From positions 1-36,711 of the forward strand of contig DATDTB010000059.1 in assembly GCA_035291025.1 (NCBI GenBank): DNA of 36,711 nt, read 5' to 3'. Below, piece after piece: positions 16,858 to 25,300 of the stretch. The notes under the pieces were generated by a model. That model did not search any database. It worked only from the letters and a program-made list of their open reading frames with translations, and had not been told where the DNA came from. The stretch's first letter is position 1; every line of letters begins with the position of its first letter. The translations under genes and the position numbers were made by a program. Source of the stretch: an archaeon. GTDB taxonomy: Archaea > Iainarchaeota > Iainarchaeia > JAFGOX01 > DATDTB01.

Positions 16858-19800
16858 TCAAACGAATTCCGCAAGGCTTTTCTGGGATTTCTGCCTTTTT
16901 TCCTCTTTCTCGCCCTTGAAGCACGAGTTCACTTCCTCTGAAAGCAGTTGTATTCTCTGCTTCAAGTACGCCTTCACTGGGTAGCGCTGTACGAGTTTTT
17001 GGCTGAGCTTCAAGTACTTTTCCACAGTTCCCTTTGAAATCGTCAGTATTATGTTGCCGTTGCACTTTGGGCAGCGCCCGCTCAACGGCATCCTCCGGTA
17101 GATTTCGCTGCACGTGGAGCACCTGAATTTTTGCAGCGCAAAAGACCTCATGTTGCCCATTATGTCGCGGACCAAGTGCGATGAAACGACTTTTTCAGCA
17201 GCGTCAACTCTGTCCACCGCCCTTATCTTGTCCTGCAGGTCCAGCTGCATCTCTACTTTGTCGCTCATTGACTTCAGCGTAGTGTAAGCGCTCCTCTTCG
17301 GCCCCGCGTTCATGTCCGACACGTCGTGCGTGAAACCCAGGCCAGCGTACTGGTTGTCTTTCCCAATGCGTTCCTTTACTATTGGAATCTTAACCGAGAA
17401 GGGCATTTCGTGTTCTTTTGCCGCCTCGAACAGCTCCAGCGGGTACTCGTTTACTGCCTCCATTTCGTACACTTCGTCGTCTATTTCCGCCGGGTCAATT
17501 ATAACCGTTGTGACCAGTGCGGCGTCCATTTTCCCGCCGCGCCTTGACGGCAAGTACTTCTTTGAAAAGTTTAACAGCAAGTCCAATAACAGAGTGTAAG
17601 AGTCTTGTTCTCCGTCGCAGTTCCTCCTCTTTGCCATGTGGAAGTACGGGTGGGCGTAGTGAGCCCGGGCCTTGCTGAAACCAATTATTCTGCCCACGGC
17701 CGCAGCCGAAGTGTGGGGCGCCAGCCCTATTACGAGTTTTCCTATCAAGTCCTGCTTTGCTTTCACGTTGTAGTATGGCTGCATTCCGTAAACTTTCACT
17801 AGCTCTTCGTCGAGGAACTGGGAGAGCTTTACGAAGTATTCAGCGCACCCCGAGCCTTCTTTTTCCCCCGACTCTTCTCCCTCGTTTACTATGATGTCCT
17901 GGATGAACAGTTCTATTGTTTGCTCAATGCTTTCGAGCGGCTTTCCCTTGTAGTCCTTTTCATATCCCAACCCCCTGGCTTTTTCCGGGGTCAGGCTTAT
18001 TTCCTTGAGCTTTGCGTGAGTCAACGGCAAGTTAAGCATTTCATAGCGCGACAGCCCGTCTTGGTAAATGAAAATTCCGTGCTTTGCCCGCAGTATGCCT
18101 TTTTCTATCGGCTCCGGGATGCGGTCGTCGCTCCACAGCGCTATTACTCCCTTGACGCTTTTGGGTGCCTTTTCGCCCAGCCTCTTCAATGCGTCCATCA
18201 CTATTTTTCTCGCGTCCATTTTTTGCCGGAAAAAGCCCCGCGTTTTCTGCTTGCACTTCGGGCATTCTTCCCCCAGTTCATCGCGCTGGCAGTTCTCGCA
18301 CCACCTTTTCTGTGCTCTCCTTTTGCCGCATTCCTCGCACAACACGCTTATCCCAGTTGACTTGCAGTTGCCGCAGGAGAAGCTGCTGGCCTCGACTTCA
18401 ATCACTCCGTCGCCGTCTTCTATGGCCTTCATCAAGTTCCTCGTGTTCCCGCCCTTTCTTCCCACGGGGAACAGGCACTGGGGGCTTCCCTTCATTGTCC
18501 TAAGGCTTTCTGACTCCGGCCTTCCCATGCGCCCTCCAATGAACAAGCCCGACTTGTCCCTGATGGTAATGCCTGAAAGGCGCGAGAGTATTTCCAGCGG
18601 GTTTTCCAAGTCAATCCCTTCAAGCGCCTCCAATGGGTTGACTGAAAGCACGAGCCCAAAAGTCTTCATCAACGGGTAAGCGTGCCGTTTTCCAATCACT
18701 ATTTTGTTGTTTCTCAGCCTGTGTTCCAGCCCAATGTCCTCCAGGGTCTCCTTTACGCCCAAGTCGCTTACTGTTATGGATTCAATTTTTTCCCCTTCAA
18801 ACAACACGTCTGAGTCCTTCAATGCGGTTATAATCCTAGCTATCTTGCCCTTGTTCAGCGAGTCATAGTAGTGGACGTATTCCGGGTGCAGCGGGACGTT
18901 GAGCTGGAGTGAAATGGTCACGGCCTCGTCCCCGGTGACGTCGCGCGGGTTTTCCAGCGCCTTCGCCAAGTTCACTCCCGTGACTTCCTTCACGCCTTTT
19001 TCCATTGCGGCCCTTTCAACTTCTTTTTTCCACCACAGCTCGTTGTATCCAACGGGCGCGAGGTTTTCACCGGTCTTCCTGAAGTCCCCGTAGGACACGA
19101 GCAAGTCCCCGAGGAAGAGTATTTGCCTTACCTGGCTTCTTACTTCCAGGGCGTGTTCTTCAGTCCTGACTTTTACCACGTCGCCGTTGGCCAGCTTCAC
19201 TATGGGGCCCTCGATTGAATCGCATGGCGTGATGCACGTCGCCTTTCCCGGCCTTTCCATCTTGAGCTGCATTCCAATGGACGCGAAGTCGTCCAATATC
19301 CGCATCGTCGCGGGGTGCACTCCCTTGGCGGCTATGCCCGTGTTCCGCGCTCGCCCGTACTGGAGCCTGAAGCCGCCGCGCCTCATTGGGTAGGAAAAAA
19401 TGGGCCTCCCGGCCGCCAGCCCGCCAGTCAAGTAACCGTACACGGGCTTCAGCTCCACTTTTTCGGTTTCTGTGCTTTTCTTGACTTTCAGGACTTTTTC
19501 CAGCCAGTCCCAGTCCAAGCCCATTTCCTTTGCGAACTTGTAAAGCTTCGGCGCCTTCAGCAAGAGCCCTTCCTCTATGACCAGTAGGCAGCCGCCGCGC
19601 AAAGCGTTTGTTTCCACTCGCTCCAAGTCGCGGTTTTCGCTTACTTCAACGTCTTCCGTGGCGTTGCCGTTGAGCGCAATCGGGCAGTGGGACATTACCC
19701 AGCGCACGTCGTCCGTGGTGAACTTTGCCTGCCGCGTGTAGATTTCCGAGTACTTCTCGACTTCCTCGGCGTACCTCTCGATTTCTTCCTTCTTTATCTT

Positions 19801-20349
19801 GAACACGTCCAACCCGAGCTTTTTCCTGATGTAGTCAGCCCAAAGTATTGGAAGCGCCGCGCCAGTCCCGCCGGCGCTCCTGATTGGGCCGGCGAAGTGC
19901 AGTTCTATGTACTCTGTTTCGTCCGTGTTTTTTTTCACGAAAACGTCAGTCAGCCCCTCAATTGGCGACACTGTCACGGCCTGCGTGTAGAGCGCCAGCG
20001 CGGTCCGTAGGGCTTGCTCGACGCGTTTTTGCTTTTCCTGTATCCCGCCCAGCTCCCCGGAAATTATCAAGTCAATGACTTCAAGTATTGACTTCATCAA
20101 GTTGTCGTTGTTTTTCTTCATTACCTCGGAGAACTTCACGGCAACCCCTTTCGGGCCCACTATGTTTTCCGTTCTCTCCGCGATGCTCGTTGCCGGGGGC
20201 GATTCAACAAAGGGCTCGAAGTCGGGGCCGGTTTCGCGGGCCTTGGACGCCATCGCGTACTCGTTTCGGGCCATTCCAAGCAGTATTCGCTGGCAGCGTT
20301 TTGTCTGCTCGTCTCCCGGTTTTGAGTCAATGTCGTAGTGTATTTCCAT
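16858..20349 (-). CDS. polC: DNA polymerase II (PolD) large subunit DP2
   Basis: About 1160 aa with DP2-specific Cys clusters (CGNCKSTG...CEECG; CENCQ...CPKC; CSTCSEIYRRMPLSGRCPKCNG) and collinear conservation. No intein-sized insertion. ATG 20349 preferred. A TTG at 20391 would overlap DP1 by 17 nt. Confidence 0.9.
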   Translation of the reverse strand: MEIHYDIDSKPGDEQTKRCQRILLGMARNEYAMASKARETGPDFEPFVESPPATSIAERTENIVGPKGVAVKFSEVMKKNNDNLMKSILEVIDLIISGELGGIQEKQKRVEQALRTALALYTQAVTVSPIEGLTDVFVKKNTDETEYIELHFAGPIRSAGGTGAALPILWADYIRKKLGLDVFKIKKEEIERYAEEVEKYSEIYTRQAKFTTDDVRWVMSHCPIALNGNATEDVEVSENRDLERVETNALRGGCLLVIEEGLLLKAPKLYKFAKEMGLDWDWLEKVLKVKKSTETEKVELKPVYGYLTGGLAAGRPIFSYPMRRGGFRLQYGRARNTGIAAKGVHPATMRILDDFASIGMQLKMERPGKATCITPCDSIEGPIVKLANGDVVKVRTEEHALEVRSQVRQILFLGDLLVSYGDFRKTGENLAPVGYNELWWKKEVERAAMEKGVKEVTGVNLAKALENPRDVTGDEAVTISLQLNVPLHPEYVHYYDSLNKGKIARIITALKDSDVLFEGEKIESITVSDLGVKETLEDIGLEHRLRNNKIVIGKRHAYPLMKTFGLVLSVNPLEALEGIDLENPLEILSRLSGITIRDKSGLFIGGRMGRPESESLRTMKGSPQCLFPVGRKGGNTRNLMKAIEDGDGVIEVEASSFSCGNCKSTGISVLCEECGKRRAQKRWCENCQRDELGEECPKCKQKTRGFFRQKMDARKIVMDALKRLGEKAPKSVKGVIALWSDDRIPEPIEKGILRAKHGIFIYQDGLSRYEMLNLPLTHAKLKEISLTPEKARGLGYEKDYKGKPLESIEQTIELFIQDIIVNEGEESGEKEGSGCAEYFVKLSQFLDEELVKVYGMQPYYNVKAKQDLIGKLVIGLAPHTSAAAVGRIIGFSKARAHYAHPYFHMAKRRNCDGEQDSYTLLLDLLLNFSKKYLPSRRGGKMDAALVTTVIIDPAEIDDEVYEMEAVNEYPLELFEAAKEHEMPFSVKIPIVKERIGKDNQYAGLGFTHDVSDMNAGPKRSAYTTLKSMSDKVEMQLDLQDKIRAVDRVDAAEKVVSSHLVRDIMGNMRSFALQKFRCSTCSEIYRRMPLSGRCPKCNGNIILTISKGTVEKYLKLSQKLVQRYPVKAYLKQRIQLLSEEVNSCFKGEKEEKRQKSQKSLAEFV

Positions 20350-20374
20350 TTCAGGACCTTTTCCCAGAAAGCCT

Positions 20375-21889
20375 TCAAACTTCCCCTGCAAGGAAACGCA
20401 TTTCGTGAATTGTGAAGCTCTTCAAGTTCAGCACAGGAACCACTCCCGGAGTCGGGACAATGCCTTGCTTGGCTTGGTAAGCCGTCCACATTTGCCAAGT
20501 CCCAGGGTTAACGGCCAGGGTGCCGTGGTAGTTTTCGTAGCCGTTCTTGTGCAAGTGACCCGTCACCAGCACGTCTGGAATCTCGTCTATTGCCAGCACG
20601 TCTTCCTTTTCCGGGAAAATCAAGGTGCGCGAATTGGGAGTGGTGCCGTAAAAAGGGCTCAGGTGGCGCCTCCGCAGGTATTCGACCATGGCGGTTTCCG
20701 GCTTGTCGACTTTGGCCTTGTGCGGCACCATAGAGAACACGTTGAACATGGAGCTGCCGTGGTATAGAAGGAACTTGAAGCCGTGGAGTTCAACGCGCGC
20801 AGGCGACCCAAGAAAGTGGACGTTTTCCAGCTTGCTGGCCTTCGGCAGGTACTTTTCCGGAATCCGCGGCATCGGGTCCTCGACTCGCACCGCGTCATGG
20901 TCTCCAGGGATTGCCACAACGTGAACGTATTCAGGCACTTCCTGCAAGTACTTTTCCAGTTCTTCGTACTGCTGGTAAACGTCAGTTATGACTTGCTCTT
21001 CTTCCTGTCCTGGATAAACCCCAACCCCGTCCACCAAGTCGCCCGCCAGCACCAAGTACTTCACTTTCCCAGCGGCCTCCCTTTGCTTCTCGCTTCCAGT
21101 CTCTCCTTTGAGCCACGAGAGGAACTTCTTGAACGCGCCCTCGGCGAACTTCTTGTGCCCCAAGTGCAAGTCCCCGGTTATCGCGACTGAAACGTCTTCA
21201 GAGCAGCTGGGCGGCTTGTGCTGTGGAATCTCAGGGAGGAGAATCAGCTTTGCCACCAGCATTGGCGTCTTGTCTTGGTACTTTGAGTTAGCGGAATTGC
21301 TCTTGGAACCGCTTACCAAAACAACATCGTCTTCAATGACGTCTTGCGCCACTGCCATTAGCTCCCTGTCGTCCTTCAACACCAAAACCTTGCACGACCC
21401 AGTCAAGTCTTCCAAGGTGAGCATGACGTGCCCGTTCTTGGTTTCGTATTTCTCGAAAACCATCCCCACGAAGCTTGCCTCGCTCCGCGGCTGCAAGTGT
21501 TTGGTCTTTGAAATGTCGATTATGCTCAAGTCGCGCGTTTTCAGGAAAATTTCCCTGCGTTTTGAGTAATTGCTCTTGAAGTAGGAGAGAAAGTCGCTTG
21601 CCTCGCCCAAAGAACCCGTGTCGCGCGGCTCGCTTACCTTGATTCGCGGCTCTATTTCCGAGGCCGCCGGCCTTGAAGTCCTTCTTTGAACCAGGACCTG
21701 CGATGAGTTACTGTGTTCCTTTTGCTCAAAGCCGTTGAAGTCTTCCCTGCCCGCAAGGAACACGTTTCTTGAGGCGACGGAGTCAATTAGCCCCGCGTAG
21801 TCCTGCCTGCCCTCCAAAAAAGAGAGTGCGTCCCTTGAAAGCATTAACTTCTTGCTGGCGGCGTATGCAACTACTTGTTCTTGGCTCAT
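20375..21889 (-). CDS. polB: DNA polymerase II (PolD) small subunit DP1 (Mre11-like phosphoesterase)
   Basis: OB-fold region, then calcineurin-like phosphoesterase motifs (ITGDLHLG, LAGDLVDG, IPGDHD, GHLH). Confidence 0.9.
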   Translation of the reverse strand: MSQEQVVAYAASKKLMLSRDALSFLEGRQDYAGLIDSVASRNVFLAGREDFNGFEQKEHSNSSQVLVQRRTSRPAASEIEPRIKVSEPRDTGSLGEASDFLSYFKSNYSKRREIFLKTRDLSIIDISKTKHLQPRSEASFVGMVFEKYETKNGHVMLTLEDLTGSCKVLVLKDDRELMAVAQDVIEDDVVLVSGSKSNSANSKYQDKTPMLVAKLILLPEIPQHKPPSCSEDVSVAITGDLHLGHKKFAEGAFKKFLSWLKGETGSEKQREAAGKVKYLVLAGDLVDGVGVYPGQEEEQVITDVYQQYEELEKYLQEVPEYVHVVAIPGDHDAVRVEDPMPRIPEKYLPKASKLENVHFLGSPARVELHGFKFLLYHGSSMFNVFSMVPHKAKVDKPETAMVEYLRRRHLSPFYGTTPNSRTLIFPEKEDVLAIDEIPDVLVTGHLHKNGYENYHGTLAVNPGTWQMWTAYQAKQGIVPTPGVVPVLNLKSFTIHEMRFLAGEV

Positions 21890-21955
21890 AACACTCCTTG
21901 AACTGGACTGGTGGCCAAGTCCGGTTTTTTTTGCCCGCTTTCCTTGTTTTTTCCC

Positions 21956-22219
21956 TTACTTTTTTACCCCTTCAAGCGAGCTAACCAAGTTCCACAACTC
22001 GGAACGGGCGTGCATGGGCAAGTTCACGTCATTTACGACGTCGTCGATTATGTAAATGGCAGAGGTTACCTTTACGTCCAAGGCTTCTTCCTTCTTCAAC
22101 AGCTCTTCCTTGGCTCTCTGGATTGTTTCGCGGACGTTTCTCGGGAAAGTGTTGTCCCTCGCCAGCCCTTCCATGAACTCCAAAATCTCCTTGAGCTTGT
22201 CTGCCTGAGTGGCTGCCAT
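21956..22219 (-). CDS. UPF0147 family protein
   Basis: TFPRNVRETIQRAKEEL...VKVTSAIYIIDDVVNDVNLPMHARSELWNLVSSLE matches the archaeal UPF0147 pattern (PRN.R ... DPN.P.H.R..IW...S.LE). Confidence 0.7.
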   Translation of the reverse strand: MAATQADKLKEILEFMEGLARDNTFPRNVRETIQRAKEELLKKEEALDVKVTSAIYIIDDVVNDVNLPMHARSELWNLVSSLEGVKK

Positions 22220-22533
22220 AACGTATCACCATTTTACCCCTTGAAAAAAAGGCTCTCCAATGGGCAGTTAGAAAAGAGATTCCACTACTGCTCAGGACTA
22301 GGTCTTACCCTTTGCTTTTTTCCCTTCCTAGAATACCAGTGGTGCAACCCTTTTTAGCCTTTTTCCACGCCGCGCAAGAACAAAGCCCGCCTTGAGGCCT
22401 TGCTTTTGGGGGATTGGTTTAAAAACAATTTGAGGCGAGTCTTAGTTCAGCCCATTCAAGCAAGACTCTTTCTTCCACGGCAAGTAATTGGTGTGTTTTT
22501 CTTGCGTGGGGAGTTTAGGGCGTGGTTTTTGCA

Positions 22534-23613
22534 ATGAGAAACGTTTACGACGGCAACTACTTGCTGCTGCTCTTCGTACCCTTGGCATTGTTTGCTGTCT
22601 TCGGGTACCTGGCCACGCAGGTGAGCCTTGGAATAGAGCTCCAGGGCGGGGCCCTCGTGTCGCTGCAACTGCCCCACGACGCCTCCGTTGAAGGCTTGGG
22701 CGATTCGCTGGAAAAAGAATTCAACTTGGGCGACGCGCAAGTCGACAAAGTGCAGAGCCCTTTGGGCACGGGCGTCTTGATTAAGTTCTCCGAAGACCCA
22801 GTGCTCGCAACTGCTTCAACTCAAATGGGCCAAGTCCAGTCAGCCTTTTCCAGCGGGGGCGAGGTTTCAGTGGAAAAAATAACGACCACAATCGAGTCCC
22901 TGGCGCCTTACCTCGAGCCAGGCGACAAGCAGGACTTCCTGGGCCAGCTCCAGCAGTCCCAGGGAAGGCAGGCATTGGACGTCGGTTACGCGGCCCTGGC
23001 GAGCGCAAAGAAGAACTTTGACACCAGGCTGACTGCGTTCCTGGCTGGAAAGCTTGGCGTGAAGTCCTTTGACTCGATTTCCTTCCGCACCATTGGGCCT
23101 TCTCTTGGCAAGACATTGTTCGAGCAAGCCAAGCTGGCCGCGTTGACTGCATTGGTTTTCCTTTTGTCCCTTGTTTTCTATTTTTTCCGCACGTGGCTTC
23201 CCACTCTCGCGATTGTGCTTGCGGTGTTGTTTGACGTTTTGACGGCCCTGGCCGGAATGGCGGTTTTCAAGATTCCGCTCACGCTAGCGTCCCTTTCCGC
23301 AATGCTCATGATTGTTGGCTATTCAGTCGACACTGACGTCCTGCTGACCACGCGCATCCTAAAACGCCACGAGTCCACCCACCGCCAGCGCGCATTTGAC
23401 GCCATGATCACTGGAATAACCATAACCAGCACGGCGTTTGCCGCCGCCGCAGTCCTGTTCACTGTGGCGCACTTCACGCAGATGACGCTCGTGACGGAAA
23501 TAGCCTCGGTCATACTGTTCGGGCTGTTTGGCGGTTTGATTGCGCCTTGGTTCATGAACGCGCCAATACTATTGTGGCTCGTTGAATCCAACAAGGTAAA
23601 AGTCAGCCATTGA
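22534..23613 (+). CDS. secF: Protein-export membrane protein SecF
   Basis: N-terminal TM, GIELQGG motif, periplasmic domain, and a C-terminal six-TM block with MLMIVGYSVDTDVLLTTRILKR. Confidence 0.8.
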   Translation: MRNVYDGNYLLLLFVPLALFAVFGYLATQVSLGIELQGGALVSLQLPHDASVEGLGDSLEKEFNLGDAQVDKVQSPLGTGVLIKFSEDPVLATASTQMGQVQSAFSSGGEVSVEKITTTIESLAPYLEPGDKQDFLGQLQQSQGRQALDVGYAALASAKKNFDTRLTAFLAGKLGVKSFDSISFRTIGPSLGKTLFEQAKLAALTALVFLLSLVFYFFRTWLPTLAIVLAVLFDVLTALAGMAVFKIPLTLASLSAMLMIVGYSVDTDVLLTTRILKRHESTHRQRAFDAMITGITITSTAFAAAAVLFTVAHFTQMTLVTEIASVILFGLFGGLIAPWFMNAPILLWLVESNKVKVSH

Positions 23614-23646
23614 ATTTGAATTTTTTACGTGAAAGGTGTTTTTGCA

Positions 23647-25266
23647 ATGAACATTTCAAGCGAGGCCTTAAAGAACTGGAAAGTGCGCCTCTTGGTGTTC
23701 TTCGTGCTTATCTCCCTGGTTTTGCTGGGCTTCAAGGGCTTGAAGTACGGCATTGACTTCACTGGCGGCACGCTTTTCCAGATCCACTTGGCGCAGAAGG
23801 CCACGCCCCAGCAGCTTTCCGAAATGTCCTCAGTCATAGCCTCCAGGGTTGACGCCTACGGCTTGCGCGGCGCCTCCGTCATCCCTTCAGGTGACCAGTT
23901 CGTGCTCGCCACGATTGCCGAGACGAACCCTGAATTCATTAACAACATGCAAGAACTATTGAGCAAGCAAGGGAAACTCGAGAATGTCATTAACAAAAAA
24001 GTCGTCTTCACTGGCGCTGACATCATAAGCATCGGGGACTCCTCGGCCAACGCGGGCTCTTTCGGCGTCTTCAAGTCAGGCAACGGCTACGAGTGGTCGC
24101 TGCCATTCACCTTGACTGTTGACGCCGCCAAGCGCTTCACGCACGCGTCATACAACCAGTGCACCCCAACTGGATGCGTTGACACGTACTTTTTCATCGA
24201 CCGCCCCACGAACGCTATACTGGTGTTTCCAAGCCCGGTTTTCGAAAACGACGCGTTTTTCCTTGAAAGCGAGCAGTCCAGCCCCCAAGAACTATTGGAG
24301 CAGAGCGGGCTTGAATACTTTGTTGTTGACGGGAACGCGCTGGACGGAAACCAGTCGGCATTGGTTGACGCCGCGTCGGCGTCAAAGACGCTGGCATTGG
24401 TGCACCCAGGCACTCAGTTGGGGCTGCGTGAAATCCTTTCAGGCAAGGGCTTCAAGGTCCAGGAAGTGAAGGCCGCTGAAAAAATCAGCGAAGGCGTAAA
24501 GCTAGAGTCTTGGCTTTGGGCGGCCACCCGCACGCGCGCGGTCATTTCCCTCACGCCCAGCGTCGCCAACATTGGAATCCCAGAGGACCAGTTGGACAAG
24601 CGGCTCCAGCAAGAGCTCAGGATAACCGGCGGGACTTCGACTCCAAAGGAAGCAAACGCGCGCCTGCAAGAACTCAGGGTTTTGTTGAAGTCCGGCAGCC
24701 TGCCAATCCCAGTTGACGACATCAGCAAGAACACTATCTCGCCCAGCCTGGGGAAGTCCTTCCAGCAGAACTCGCTGCTCGCTGGTGTTCTTTCCATGCT
24801 CGCAGTGGGCTTGATTGTGTTCCTGCGCTACAAGACTCCAATGCTTGCATTCCCAGTAATTCTCACGAGCTTTTCCGAAGTAGTCCTCATCCTCGGGTTT
24901 GCCTCGCTCATTGGGTGGAGCATTGACTTGGCGGGCATGGCAGGAATAATCGCCGCGGTCGGGACGGGCGTGGACAACCAAATAGTCATAATGGACGAGT
25001 TGCTGCGGAAAAAGAAGGACGAGGACGGGCCAGTTGAAAAGAGCCCGGTCCAGAGAGTCAAGAACGCCTTCTTCATCATAGTCGCGTCCTCCAGCATCGC
25101 GGTCGCGACAATGCTCCCCATTATACTCTTTGGCCTGGGGCAGGGGCAGCTCGTAGGCTTCGCGATAACCACCATCTCAGGAGTTATGGTGGGCGTGCTG
25201 GTTTCAAGGCCTGCCTTCGCAGAAATAGCCAGGATGGTCGTCACAAAACTAGAATCGAGCCAGTGA
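23647..25266 (+). CDS. secD: Protein-export membrane protein SecD
   Basis: N-terminal TM, GIDFTGGT motif, large periplasmic domain, and a C-terminal TM block with GIIAAVGTGVDNQIVIMDELLR. Confidence 0.8.
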   Translation: MNISSEALKNWKVRLLVFFVLISLVLLGFKGLKYGIDFTGGTLFQIHLAQKATPQQLSEMSSVIASRVDAYGLRGASVIPSGDQFVLATIAETNPEFINNMQELLSKQGKLENVINKKVVFTGADIISIGDSSANAGSFGVFKSGNGYEWSLPFTLTVDAAKRFTHASYNQCTPTGCVDTYFFIDRPTNAILVFPSPVFENDAFFLESEQSSPQELLEQSGLEYFVVDGNALDGNQSALVDAASASKTLALVHPGTQLGLREILSGKGFKVQEVKAAEKISEGVKLESWLWAATRTRAVISLTPSVANIGIPEDQLDKRLQQELRITGGTSTPKEANARLQELRVLLKSGSLPIPVDDISKNTISPSLGKSFQQNSLLAGVLSMLAVGLIVFLRYKTPMLAFPVILTSFSEVVLILGFASLIGWSIDLAGMAGIIAAVGTGVDNQIVIMDELLRKKKDEDGPVEKSPVQRVKNAFFIIVASSSIAVATMLPIILFGLGQGQLVGFAITTISGVMVGVLVSRPAFAEIARMVVTKLESSQ

Positions 25267-25300
25267 CCTTTTTCACGTTTTCGCTTTTCAGCCTTCAACC

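Noticed and set aside
16858-20349. Intein or split-gene check in the PolD large subunit and Hel308
   Set aside because: The lengths (about 1160 and 706 aa) and uninterrupted collinear motifs are normal. No Cys/Ser...His-Asn intein block or homing-endonuclease-sized insertion is seen.
21903-21940. Hairpin CTGGACTGG-TGG-CCAAGTCCGG followed by T8 on the plus strand, between UPF0147 and DP1
   Set aside because: It looks like a terminator only for a plus-strand transcript, and no plus-strand gene lies upstream. On the coding (minus) strand the A-run precedes the stem. It is probably incidental or a minor leader structure.
22220-22521. Possibility that the 301-nt spacer encodes SRP RNA or RNase P RNA
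   Set aside because: I could not find the conserved SRP helix-8 motifs or the RNase P CR-I/CR-IV motifs (GAGGAAAGUCC, ACAGAA..). The size alone is not evidence.
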